DNA of 64,000 nucleotides, taken from contig PDZT01000003.1 of the NCBI GenBank assembly GCA_002753105.1, positions 1,059-65,058 of the forward strand, written 5' to 3'. The DNA is from Deltaproteobacteria bacterium YD0425bin50. Its GTDB lineage: Bacteria; Desulfobacterota; Desulfobacteria; Desulfobacterales; YD0425bin50. The notes under the pieces are model-generated. The model saw only the letters and a list, made by a program, of their open reading frames with translations, was not told the origin of the DNA and made no database searches. This document shows positions 20,328-29,397 of the stretch, piece by piece. Positions within the stretch are counted from its first letter, which is position 1, and each line of letters begins with the position of its first letter. Position numbers and translations under genes: made by a program.

Positions 20328-21641
20328 TCAAGTTATTAAATTAGTAAGCTCGTCTATCTCGTAATATGGTTTATTTGCTTTTATGGAAATAAATTTTTTT
20401 TCTGGATACTGCAATGCGGTTAAAGCCCCTCCAAAAACACAACCTGTATCGATATTGACGGTGCGGTTGAACCATTGTGGTTTTTCAACAGGAATATGTC
20501 CATAGACAATACGAGCATCACCTGAGTGTTTAGCTGGCCATTCTGGTTGATATGAAGGAACAATACCCAGTTGTGGCTCACTTATATTTTCTCCATACAA
20601 ACAAAAATGGTTGACTGCCTTCGAAATTCTGCCTTGCATATTCTGTAACATTCCAGCATGTGAAACAATTAAGTTGCCGTGATCAAATAGATAATGATAG
20701 CTTAACTGTTCTAAAAACTGCTGAATATATTGCATATAAAGGTAATGGATTCCTATGGGAATGGATTCAAATGCTTGAAGCGTCTTTTTTAAAGAGCTGT
20801 GACAATTTTTTCCGCAAGACTTAAACCAATTCAATAAAAACCGTTCATGGTCACCCAAAATACAATACGCATTCCCTTCATGAACCATGTTTGAAATTAA
20901 TGATATAGTTTCAAGAATTTTCGGGCCATAATTCACAACATCGCCTATAAAAATTACTTTTCGGTTAGTTGGATGCTTGTAGAAAAGATTATATTCTTGA
21001 AAAATAGGCGAGGCTATCAGGTGTTGTTGATAGCCAAGCTTTTCAAGTAAAACGATCAATTCATCATAGCATCCATGTATATCACCAATGATGTCAAACG
21101 GTCCTTCGATAAGGTGACGATCACATGCAAGTGGTTCTAGTTCCACATGAATTTCATCTACTGAAGTGTCATCGTTAATATAGTATATTTTATGAAATCC
21201 TTCATTTACAATCTCGATAAGCGAATTTTGGAGCTGATAGTGCTGTCTATGAATAATAAACGGATCAACTTGCCGATCAAATCGCAATTGATTTCTATCT
21301 TGACATGTCTTTTCAGAAAAATTAAACACAATTGCTATGGGTAATATGTGATACGACTTTGCGAATTTCAGTAGAGGTTGCCGAGCAGCTTTAAGAACAT
21401 TTGTGGAATCGATGATTGTTAATTTCCCTTTTTTAAGCCTGTTTTGGGCAATAAAGTCAAGAATTTCAAAGGCTTCACCTGTAACAGTCTGATCATTTTC
21501 ATCATCTGAAATCATCCCGCGAAAAAAGTCTGAGGAGAGGATTGAAGTAGATTGGAAATGCTTTTTCGCAAAACTTGTTTTGCCAGAACCAGAAGGGCCA
21601 ATTAGAATAACAAGTGCTAATTGGGGGATATTAATTTTCAT
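20328..21641 (-). CDS. Polynucleotide kinase-phosphatase (Pnkp-like) lacking the ligase domain
   Basis: GPSGSGKT P-loop, LSSDFFR, DSTN kinase motifs; GPFDIIGDIHGC, HAG, YGH, IDTGCVFGGALTAL phosphoesterase motifs; ends at 437 aa. Confidence 0.88.
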   Translation of the reverse strand: MKINIPQLALVILIGPSGSGKTSFAKKHFQSTSILSSDFFRGMISDDENDQTVTGEAFEILDFIAQNRLKKGKLTIIDSTNVLKAARQPLLKFAKSYHILPIAIVFNFSEKTCQDRNQLRFDRQVDPFIIHRQHYQLQNSLIEIVNEGFHKIYYINDDTSVDEIHVELEPLACDRHLIEGPFDIIGDIHGCYDELIVLLEKLGYQQHLIASPIFQEYNLFYKHPTNRKVIFIGDVVNYGPKILETISLISNMVHEGNAYCILGDHERFLLNWFKSCGKNCHSSLKKTLQAFESIPIGIHYLYMQYIQQFLEQLSYHYLFDHGNLIVSHAGMLQNMQGRISKAVNHFCLYGENISEPQLGIVPSYQPEWPAKHSGDARIVYGHIPVEKPQWFNRTVNIDTGCVFGGALTALQYPEKKFISIKANKPYYEIDELTNLIT

Positions 21642-21808
21642 TTTTTACCTTTGTTTTTTACAAAATAATTGAATTCTTGCGTAAGTCAATATTCTGAAAA
21701 TGAATTTAACTTCTTGTACTATATCGATTATTTTGATATACGATTTTTTTTAATTAAAGGGCAAGCATAAGTTAAGTCAAATGTAAAAAATTCAATAAGG
21801 AGAAAATT

Positions 21809-24800
21809 ATGATAATCGCGGGTGAATTGATAGCGGAAAGCCCAATATATCGGGGGAATTCTCGAAAAACTCTTTTTACCAGAGATGGGGATGGAACACA
21901 GCGTTTGGTATCTTTAGCCGGAGAAATATCGGGCACAGCTCAGGCACTTATGGATGCTTTTATTGGTAGATCAAAAAATTCCAAAAATATGGGGCTGATT
22001 AATCGACTTTGGGAGAGATTATACAAATCGCCTTTTCCAGACGGACTTATTTCAAAGATAGATTGCAAATTAAGAGCGGATTATTATCCTAAAAATAAAC
22101 TGTTTGATTTACGCATGGGAATCAAACTAGATGACGATCGTTGGGCAATTGAGGCTCATAAAAATTACAAAATCGAAACATTATATCGTAATTCAGTTTT
22201 TGATTTTGCAATGTATGTCAATGATGGAATGGCACAACGAGATAACAATATGGTTAAGCTATATTTTATTTTAGATGAGTTGAAGGCAGGAAGATTTTGG
22301 TTTGGGGCTGGCAAAAGTAAAGGATTGGGAAGATGTAAATTAAAGTTGAATACAAAATTAGAAGCCCCCAAACAATTACCCCAGATCAATTCACAGGCAA
22401 ATCATTTATGCATTCAAATGACTATTGATTCGCAAAATCCTATTTTGATTGGCTGGCCTTGGGGAAAATTAGACCCGGACACACCTGCATTCGCTAACGT
22501 TAAAGGAAAATTTCTTATCGAAGGCTTAAGCGAGCTGCCTGATACTCTTTCGAGTCGTCTATCCACAAGTATTGGAGGGTCAATATCGGATATGAACGAC
22601 TGGAAAAAGAAGTTTGCAGAAAGTCTTCCGCAGGCGATGATATATGCGTTGTTGGATCAGCCCACAAGCACACAGGTTAAATATATTTTACCGAAAACTT
22701 CAGTTAACAAACTGGCGAAAGGTAAGTATCCAATTGCTCAAAAGATTCTTGATAAGCTTGCACCTGTTCTTGATAAAGAATATGACAGTCAGGAAGACAG
22801 CATTGCTGAAATTAATGAACTTTTAGGAAAAGAGGCTTCTAAAATAATAAAACGCGTAGAATCTTTGTTTGAAAATAAAACAATCACTGGAAAAAGCATA
22901 AATAAAAATAATTTACAATCCATTACGACTTCTTTTGGATTATTGCCGGATCAACTACAGTCTATTGAAAGTGCGGGAGTTGATGAAGCCAAACTAAAAC
23001 CGATTATATCTGAAATTTGCAAAAAGGTACTCCCCCGATTATATCAAGGGATTGATCGTCAGGTAAAGATGCTGCAAAGTGATCTTTGGGTTGACACAGA
23101 AATCACAGGGCGTCGAGAGCATTTGCAAATCAAAGAAATGTTGTTAAACGGAAAAATTACAGAAAGGGATTGGGATAATTTTTCAAAACCCCCTGCGAGT
23201 ATTAAAGAAACAGTTTGGCGTCAGTTTAAGAAAGAACATGAGAATGTTCGGTATAAATTCATGATGAACATGCAAAATCTCAAAAAAAGTATTCAAAATG
23301 ACAAGAACTATATTGAATTTTTGGAGGTTTTTCGTAATCAGGTTCGTCAGGAACTGAGTCAGCTTAACAATATTGATTTTCGTTCTGGAGGGCCAGATCA
23401 TGAAATTTCCAAAAAATATGGTAAGCCATATGATAATATGTTTATGCGCATGATGATATGGGCACCTTCTCAACAGAAAAAAGGTGAATGGGAAATTTTT
23501 ATTCCGGGGTCAACGCTAAAAGGTGCATTTCGAAAACGGGCAAGTATGCTCTTAAATACGATTATGGGTGACCGAAGACGAGGTCAATTCATTATCGATC
23601 GGTTATTTGGAAAACAAGGGAGTACAGGTCTTCTCTTTTTTTCAGATGCATATTTGGTAAACCCAAAAGACATTAATACAAAATTTTGTTCATTAGATGG
23701 CATTCGCATGGACCCCGCAACTGGCACTCCAGTTGAAGAAGCCAAAGCTGATTTCTTATTTACTTATGGAAGTGATCTTAAATTTGCTTTTCGACTCGAT
23801 TTGCAGGATATTACTGAAGCAGATTCAGATTCTCTTGCAGTATTTGGTTATTTGCTGAACGATTTTGGCCGTGGAGATATTCCTATTGGATCATTAAAAA
23901 CATCTGGATTTGGATGGGTGAAATCATCCATTGACAATATTGAATGGTTAACGCTTTCCAATCGTGGTATCCATCAAAAATTCTTCGGCAAACTTAAATC
24001 ATCTGGTCAATCAGGTCTGTGGAGTCAGACACTGATTAAAGGTCAGGAAATCACTACATTGATTCAAAGCATGCAAGCCGAAAAACTGTCCCAAAAAGAA
24101 ACTGAGGCTATTTGTCCCATTCCAAGAGCAAGAGAAGGCTTTATTTCTCATAGTGCTTTTGGCGGATATTGTGGCCATCTAAATGTAATCGGAGAAATCG
24201 TTACGCCAATCTCTATTTGTGAAAGTGGAGAACCGACCTTTCAGAAAAAAATTGAAAATTCGCTTGTCAAAGGCTGGGACTTTTTTTCATTTAGTGCGCC
24301 AGAAGCCAATTCGCGCAGTACTGAAAAAAACTATGCCATTCCAAGTAAAAGCCTCAAAGGAATGATCCGGCATATTTATGCGATAACGAGCAATTCTACA
24401 AAAGAAACTCCAGATATCAGCCGGCTGAATCCCACGGATAGTTTATTCGGCTGGGTTGGTAAACGGCCAAACGAAGCCATTATGGGAAGAATTTCTATTG
24501 ATTTCGGAAAATTTACGGATACCCGGCTTTCATGGTATAAAATCCCCTATCCGTATGGATCATGGCAATTTAAAAATAACCAATGGCAACAAATTGAAAA
24601 AGGGTCTGTTCAAAAAATTCAAGTTAATAATCAATGGCGCATATTTCCAAATGTTCCCCTTGCACCCTGTGTTTATCAATTAAACGATGATTTCCAGCCG
24701 GATACACCTCAAGCTGCATATGTTCATGCGATGCTTCCCGGTGTACCCTTTACATTCTCTATTCGTTTCTGGAACCTTGAAAAAGAAGAATTACAAAGAT

Positions 24801-25036
24801 TAATCTGGTGCATCCAGTTAGATAATTCAATGGCTCATAAAATTGGCAATCATCGATATCTGGGCTTAGGAACGGTTCGTTTTCAAATTTCACCAGAAAG
24901 TCATTTAATTGATTGGAAAGCCCGTTATGAAGGTCGATCTGATAAAACGTGGCAAATTCCTATAACCGTATCTGAATGGATCAATCCTAAGGTACTTTCC
25001 AATTTATCCACTTTGCAGCAATTGCTAAAATGTTAA
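21809..25036 (+). CDS. Type III CRISPR-associated RAMP fusion with three Cas7 domains
   Basis: Three RAMP start strands (ESPIYRG, QNPILIG, VTPISI); IPGSTLKGAFR and IPSKSLKGMIR; LFG motifs; three G-rich loops (FGAGKSKGLG, IGSLKTSGFG, IGNHRYLGLG). Confidence 0.88.
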   Translation: MIIAGELIAESPIYRGNSRKTLFTRDGDGTQRLVSLAGEISGTAQALMDAFIGRSKNSKNMGLINRLWERLYKSPFPDGLISKIDCKLRADYYPKNKLFDLRMGIKLDDDRWAIEAHKNYKIETLYRNSVFDFAMYVNDGMAQRDNNMVKLYFILDELKAGRFWFGAGKSKGLGRCKLKLNTKLEAPKQLPQINSQANHLCIQMTIDSQNPILIGWPWGKLDPDTPAFANVKGKFLIEGLSELPDTLSSRLSTSIGGSISDMNDWKKKFAESLPQAMIYALLDQPTSTQVKYILPKTSVNKLAKGKYPIAQKILDKLAPVLDKEYDSQEDSIAEINELLGKEASKIIKRVESLFENKTITGKSINKNNLQSITTSFGLLPDQLQSIESAGVDEAKLKPIISEICKKVLPRLYQGIDRQVKMLQSDLWVDTEITGRREHLQIKEMLLNGKITERDWDNFSKPPASIKETVWRQFKKEHENVRYKFMMNMQNLKKSIQNDKNYIEFLEVFRNQVRQELSQLNNIDFRSGGPDHEISKKYGKPYDNMFMRMMIWAPSQQKKGEWEIFIPGSTLKGAFRKRASMLLNTIMGDRRRGQFIIDRLFGKQGSTGLLFFSDAYLVNPKDINTKFCSLDGIRMDPATGTPVEEAKADFLFTYGSDLKFAFRLDLQDITEADSDSLAVFGYLLNDFGRGDIPIGSLKTSGFGWVKSSIDNIEWLTLSNRGIHQKFFGKLKSSGQSGLWSQTLIKGQEITTLIQSMQAEKLSQKETEAICPIPRAREGFISHSAFGGYCGHLNVIGEIVTPISICESGEPTFQKKIENSLVKGWDFFSFSAPEANSRSTEKNYAIPSKSLKGMIRHIYAITSNSTKETPDISRLNPTDSLFGWVGKRPNEAIMGRISIDFGKFTDTRLSWYKIPYPYGSWQFKNNQWQQIEKGSVQKIQVNNQWRIFPNVPLAPCVYQLNDDFQPDTPQAAYVHAMLPGVPFTFSIRFWNLEKEELQRLIWCIQLDNSMAHKIGNHRYLGLGTVRFQISPESHLIDWKARYEGRSDKTWQIPITVSEWINPKVLSNLSTLQQLLKC

Positions 25037-25908
25037 CTGAATTTGATCTATTAAGGCGGTCTCAATCTGGTCTGGAATTATTGGCTATACTGACATTGCT
25101 AAACAAAGGGCCTTCCATTTTATCAATGCAAATGGAATTGGGACCGCCTTATTCAATTTTAAATGGCCCTTGTACAAAATGCTGGTTAAACGTTAGAGAA
25201 GCTGAACACATGTACTGCGAGCTTTGTTTAAGTATCATGGAATATAAAAAAGGAGTTGGGAAGTACATACGTAACACCGCAGTTATATGGGGATATCTCA
25301 ATAGGATTCCTGAGTATTTTCATGAAAATATGTGGAAAACTGGTAATAAACCATCAGGAATTTATATTCATCCACCATCTTCTTTTTTGTTAATGATTCC
25401 AAAGGATGAAATCAGGCTGTTTTTAAAAGAGCTGACGCTTCGCTATGGAGATGATATTCAAGGACTACTTCAGATTTTTCCGACCTCGGGGATGAAACGG
25501 ATAACCATGGGAGAAGCTTTATGCCGAGCTATTCATTATGAAAATTGTTACCCACTGGACAATCTGAGGATTCGTTTCTATTCTAATCCATTACAGCTTA
25601 ATCGTCCGCATATCAGGGATAGTAAAGGAATGTTGACTTTTGAAATCTGTGAATTTTTGGATTTATTAGAAATGGCCAGTATATTTCGGTCTTTACTTAC
25701 AAAAGACCAGCAAATTGATTTGTATGAAATTTTTACCAAATGTGAAGATGTCAGGGAACTCAGCTTTTTTTGGGGACGTTTTTATGGTGTAATTGGTGAA
25801 AAAGCTAAAGATATGTTGTCAACCTGGGACATTAGACAATGGTCTCAAAATAAATTTGAATTAATTTATGAATTAAGGGATTATGTGGCCTTTTCAAAAA
25901 CAGATTAG
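25030..25908 (+). CDS. Zn-finger protein; possible highly reduced Cas10-like subunit
   Basis: CTKC...CELC; start overlaps the RAMP gene stop by 7 nt; no HD or GGDD motif. Cas10 call is inference from layout and context. Confidence 0.5.
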   Translation: MLTEFDLLRRSQSGLELLAILTLLNKGPSILSMQMELGPPYSILNGPCTKCWLNVREAEHMYCELCLSIMEYKKGVGKYIRNTAVIWGYLNRIPEYFHENMWKTGNKPSGIYIHPPSSFLLMIPKDEIRLFLKELTLRYGDDIQGLLQIFPTSGMKRITMGEALCRAIHYENCYPLDNLRIRFYSNPLQLNRPHIRDSKGMLTFEICEFLDLLEMASIFRSLLTKDQQIDLYEIFTKCEDVRELSFFWGRFYGVIGEKAKDMLSTWDIRQWSQNKFELIYELRDYVAFSKTD

Positions 25909-26941
25909 AATGATTCGATATTTGTGTTTCTGGCGTGTTAATTCTTCATTGGCTGTCTTACCCAATCCCTTTTCAGTGGAATTATCGAAAGTTTTATGTA
26001 CAATCATTTCTTCAAGGCTACCCACAAGAGATGCTGGAAAATGGAAAAAATGTTTACTTGCATATGATAACTTTATTGAAACTGTAAAAAGCCAACAAGC
26101 TCCCAAAACATCAGAACTGACACCTGAACTTTCATGGCCAATTCAAAGTGTACTTTTTGTTTATCCATGTAAAAATATCTATGGAAATGGGGAAAAGATT
26201 GTTTGGGAACTTAAATTATTTGGAGAAGATGCAAGCCATGAATTTTTTATTGAAGTTATCTTGCCAGCAATGGAAGAAGCAAGTCTAAGAACGGATTCAT
26301 CTTGGAATTATCGAAATTGTATTTGGGGGAACTTTGATATTGAAGCGATCTATCTTGCTAATCAAGATAGGTGGGACCCACTCGTTTCAGAAGGCAGACT
26401 GGATTTACAATACAACGTCACATCACTTCAATATACTGATGATATTTTTAATAAATATTCGGATCCTATTAAGTATAATTATCGAAAAATCGTATGGTTA
26501 ACTCCGTTTGATTTTTCGTCAATCTTCAGTAGTACCAAAAAATATGTGCAGACGGATGTATTACCGGTCATTGATGCAACACCAACTCTGTACGGAATTG
26601 TAGATGCACTGTTATACCGATTACATTCTATTTTAGAAGGGAAACGGACTGCACCTGAAAATGTCTGGAATTGTTTTTCAGAACAAGAAACGAATCAGTT
26701 ACATACATTGATGGATGAAATTAAGCGTATTAATACGACAAATACTGATATTCTTCCCTCTCAACATGTAATTGGACACTGGATTGGACATCAGACTTTT
26801 GCTCGAATTCCATACACGATTTATCCTTATCTGGAATTAGCATCCATGCTCCATATTGGCCGACAAACTCATGTAGGCTGCGGAACTTTTCAAATCGTTA
26901 AATATCCGGCTAAGTATGATTCAAATTCTTTAAACACCTAA
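25883..26941 (+). CDS. cas6: Cas6-like crRNA-processing endoribonuclease
   Basis: C-terminal G-rich loop LHIGRQTHVGCGTFQI; WLTP strand; WELKLFG; located in RAMP operon. Confidence 0.72.
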   Translation: MWPFQKQIRMIRYLCFWRVNSSLAVLPNPFSVELSKVLCTIISSRLPTRDAGKWKKCLLAYDNFIETVKSQQAPKTSELTPELSWPIQSVLFVYPCKNIYGNGEKIVWELKLFGEDASHEFFIEVILPAMEEASLRTDSSWNYRNCIWGNFDIEAIYLANQDRWDPLVSEGRLDLQYNVTSLQYTDDIFNKYSDPIKYNYRKIVWLTPFDFSSIFSSTKKYVQTDVLPVIDATPTLYGIVDALLYRLHSILEGKRTAPENVWNCFSEQETNQLHTLMDEIKRINTTNTDILPSQHVIGHWIGHQTFARIPYTIYPYLELASMLHIGRQTHVGCGTFQIVKYPAKYDSNSLNT

Positions 26942-26964
26942 TTACATAGTATTGAGTTATTCTT

Positions 26965-29151
26965 ATGATTCTTGAAGAAATAAAAGATACAATTGAGTTC
27001 ATTAAATCGGATCTTTGTAAACAAGTTGAAGAAGTTGTCAATCAATCCATTCATAGCATTGTTCGAATTCCTCTTGAAATGAACCATCTTCTACTCCCAT
27101 TGCATATCATTCAGCATGCATTGCCTTCAAACAGCAGATGCTGGTATGTTTCACCTGAGGATCGGCTAAGTCAATTTAAAACCTCAGTTATGCTTAATCA
27201 TTTCAAAGAAGGCATAGTTGATGTGAACACCTACTGGCAAATTGATGGATATCAAAAAACAGTAGTTTTCTGGTCAACAGAAAGCCTTGTGGATCATTTG
27301 ATCGAAATAGAATCTAATGATATGCAATATCCTGATTTTATTGTATTTGATGAAATGGACATCGTTACTCCTGAGATTAATTCACGTATGGTGGAGTTAC
27401 TGTTACGAATTAATACACGTGTTCACCTATTTTTTTGTGTATCGTATGAGCGCAATATTAATCAGGTAACACACTGGATAGAACAGATTTTAAAACAACC
27501 CTATCAGATGATTCTTTTAAATACGACACCGAACAAATTCTTACCTGTGCTTTTGGGTTCATGGGATTTAATCCCGTTTATTGATAAAAAACGCGTTGCA
27601 TTAAAAGCGAAGCGCTATTTAAAAGAAAATCCAGATATTATCAAAGTGAATGATCACAAATTTCGATATGAACTGGTTGACTATTTAAGAAAGAAAAATT
27701 TTACTCCCTGTATTGTTATATTGAATTCATCGGAGGATTGCGATTCTTGGGTAAAAACTGCATCTAAGAAACCAACACACCATGAAAATGTGGAATCGAT
27801 ATTAAACCATTTTAAATGGAAAACAGGAATAGAATTTGACCCTTCAGAGCTAACAGATTTACTAAATAAAAAACTCGGCGCTATACATTCCAAATTGCAT
27901 TATCGGTGGGCAGAACTCATTGAATACTTGTTTTTTTATAATATTATTGATGTACTATTTACCACACTGAACTATAGTGAACACATCCATGCACATGCTA
28001 AAACCATAGTTATATGCACTACGAATCGTGAAGTTGTTCAAAATTCTAATCCAGATGTCATGAATTCTGTAGATACATATCACATCAAGCGATTGGCTAC
28101 GAGACATAATACCGAAAACATTAATCACATTATAGCGCTTCATACCCGAGACATGGATATCACGCACCTTAAAGATATGCTTGTTTCACCACCATCAACG
28201 TTTAATTATCCTTTACACGTTGGATTTCCATTCTTGCTTGGCTTAATGTCGCTTTTAGACAAAGATCCAATTGAAATCGTTCATGATGTTTTTCAGTGGG
28301 AGCCCATCGATGATGAAACAGGTACAAGACTTTTGGCCATGTTTGATGAAATCAAAACAGAATTACCCGAAGCAAATTGTGGCTCTTCATTGGCAACACT
28401 GAAACTAAGAGATATCATGTTTAGATTACAACAACAGATCAATGATGTTGAAAATAAAATTAAACACGAACAGAAAAATAAATTCGGCAGGTTATATGAG
28501 CAGCAGCTTCAGGAATTATTAAATGAAATTGAGTTATTACCATGCAATTCATGCCCTAATTATCAAATCTGTCATCGGAGATCGCACCGTAAATTACGAA
28601 ATTTATTTGATGAATACTTCCAATTGAACCGAAAAATATTTAAAAGTTTTGCATTTTCTCAAATTGAAATAAGCGATTATGTAAATTGCCTAAGACATGT
28701 GAATGCCATTGATGAAAAAAACCAATTAACCCATTTCGGGCGTCTGTCATCGAGATTTTCTCTTACCTTTCCTATGTTACTTGCAACGTGCATTGAACAA
28801 GACATGTTCAAAAAACAATCGGATTCAAGCCTCAATGTTGCATTTGCGGGGAGTTTTTCGGAAAGCGATCTCTCTATACCTATGGGGAAATATGATGATT
28901 TTGTCTTTCAGGATATTATCAATGGGTATGATCAGATTATTGATCTGATCACTCCAATGAGACGCTCCATCTATAAATATGGTTTTGTACCCAATAAGCC
29001 TTCATTACTTTTCGGGATGATACTAATGGCTTGGCAATCAGGAATGGATATCCATTATATTGTAAGCCGATTGAATATCTCAGAAGGTGCGTTTATTAAT
29101 TTATTTTATAAAGCAAATTATTTATATCATCGAATCACTACTGCATTGTAA
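26965..29151 (+). CDS. Ski2/HelY-like SF2 helicase, catalytically degenerate
   Basis: IVFDEMD (motif II variant); PCIVILNSSEDCD; GAIHSKLHYRWAELIEYLF...VLFTT; LPCNSC; LTHFGR; C-terminal AWQSG...ISEGAFI resembling DSHCT; no recognisable GKT Walker A. Confidence 0.72.
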   Translation: MILEEIKDTIEFIKSDLCKQVEEVVNQSIHSIVRIPLEMNHLLLPLHIIQHALPSNSRCWYVSPEDRLSQFKTSVMLNHFKEGIVDVNTYWQIDGYQKTVVFWSTESLVDHLIEIESNDMQYPDFIVFDEMDIVTPEINSRMVELLLRINTRVHLFFCVSYERNINQVTHWIEQILKQPYQMILLNTTPNKFLPVLLGSWDLIPFIDKKRVALKAKRYLKENPDIIKVNDHKFRYELVDYLRKKNFTPCIVILNSSEDCDSWVKTASKKPTHHENVESILNHFKWKTGIEFDPSELTDLLNKKLGAIHSKLHYRWAELIEYLFFYNIIDVLFTTLNYSEHIHAHAKTIVICTTNREVVQNSNPDVMNSVDTYHIKRLATRHNTENINHIIALHTRDMDITHLKDMLVSPPSTFNYPLHVGFPFLLGLMSLLDKDPIEIVHDVFQWEPIDDETGTRLLAMFDEIKTELPEANCGSSLATLKLRDIMFRLQQQINDVENKIKHEQKNKFGRLYEQQLQELLNEIELLPCNSCPNYQICHRRSHRKLRNLFDEYFQLNRKIFKSFAFSQIEISDYVNCLRHVNAIDEKNQLTHFGRLSSRFSLTFPMLLATCIEQDMFKKQSDSSLNVAFAGSFSESDLSIPMGKYDDFVFQDIINGYDQIIDLITPMRRSIYKYGFVPNKPSLLFGMILMAWQSGMDIHYIVSRLNISEGAFINLFYKANYLYHRITTAL

Positions 29152-29233
29152 ACAGTAGTGAAATGGTGTATGTGTGTAAATAAATTAAGTGTTTCCCTCC
29201 ATACGATAAGACAACAATTTTTTATAGAAAAGT

Positions 29234-29339
29234 TATAGACTTTCAGATAATTCATTTCACAAGGCTAGAGGAGGAGATAATACATTTTAGTATATCTCCG
29301 ACCGATAACGCTGTGAAATTATTTATCTGAAAGTCTATA
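29234..29339. repeat. Family A palindromic element, copy with perfect termini
   Basis: TATAGACTTTCAGATAA...TTATCTGAAAGTCTATA. Confidence 0.88.
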
Positions 29340-29397
29340 AATAAAATTATCAGGTGTATTTTCATTAACCCTTAAATCCATCTAATAAGGAGAACCA

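Noticed and set aside
21642-21808. Possible leader or mini-array upstream of the RAMP gene
   Set aside because: AT-rich divergent promoter region with no direct repeats
21809-25036. Calling the RAMP fusion a canonical type III-E Cas7-11
   Set aside because: Only three Cas7 G-loops, much shorter, a separate Cas6 is present, and no Csx29/Csx30 genes are nearby
29152-29397. Possible CRISPR array downstream of the Cas operon
   Set aside because: No repeated 25-40 bp unit with spacers; only a family A palindrome that also occurs elsewhere
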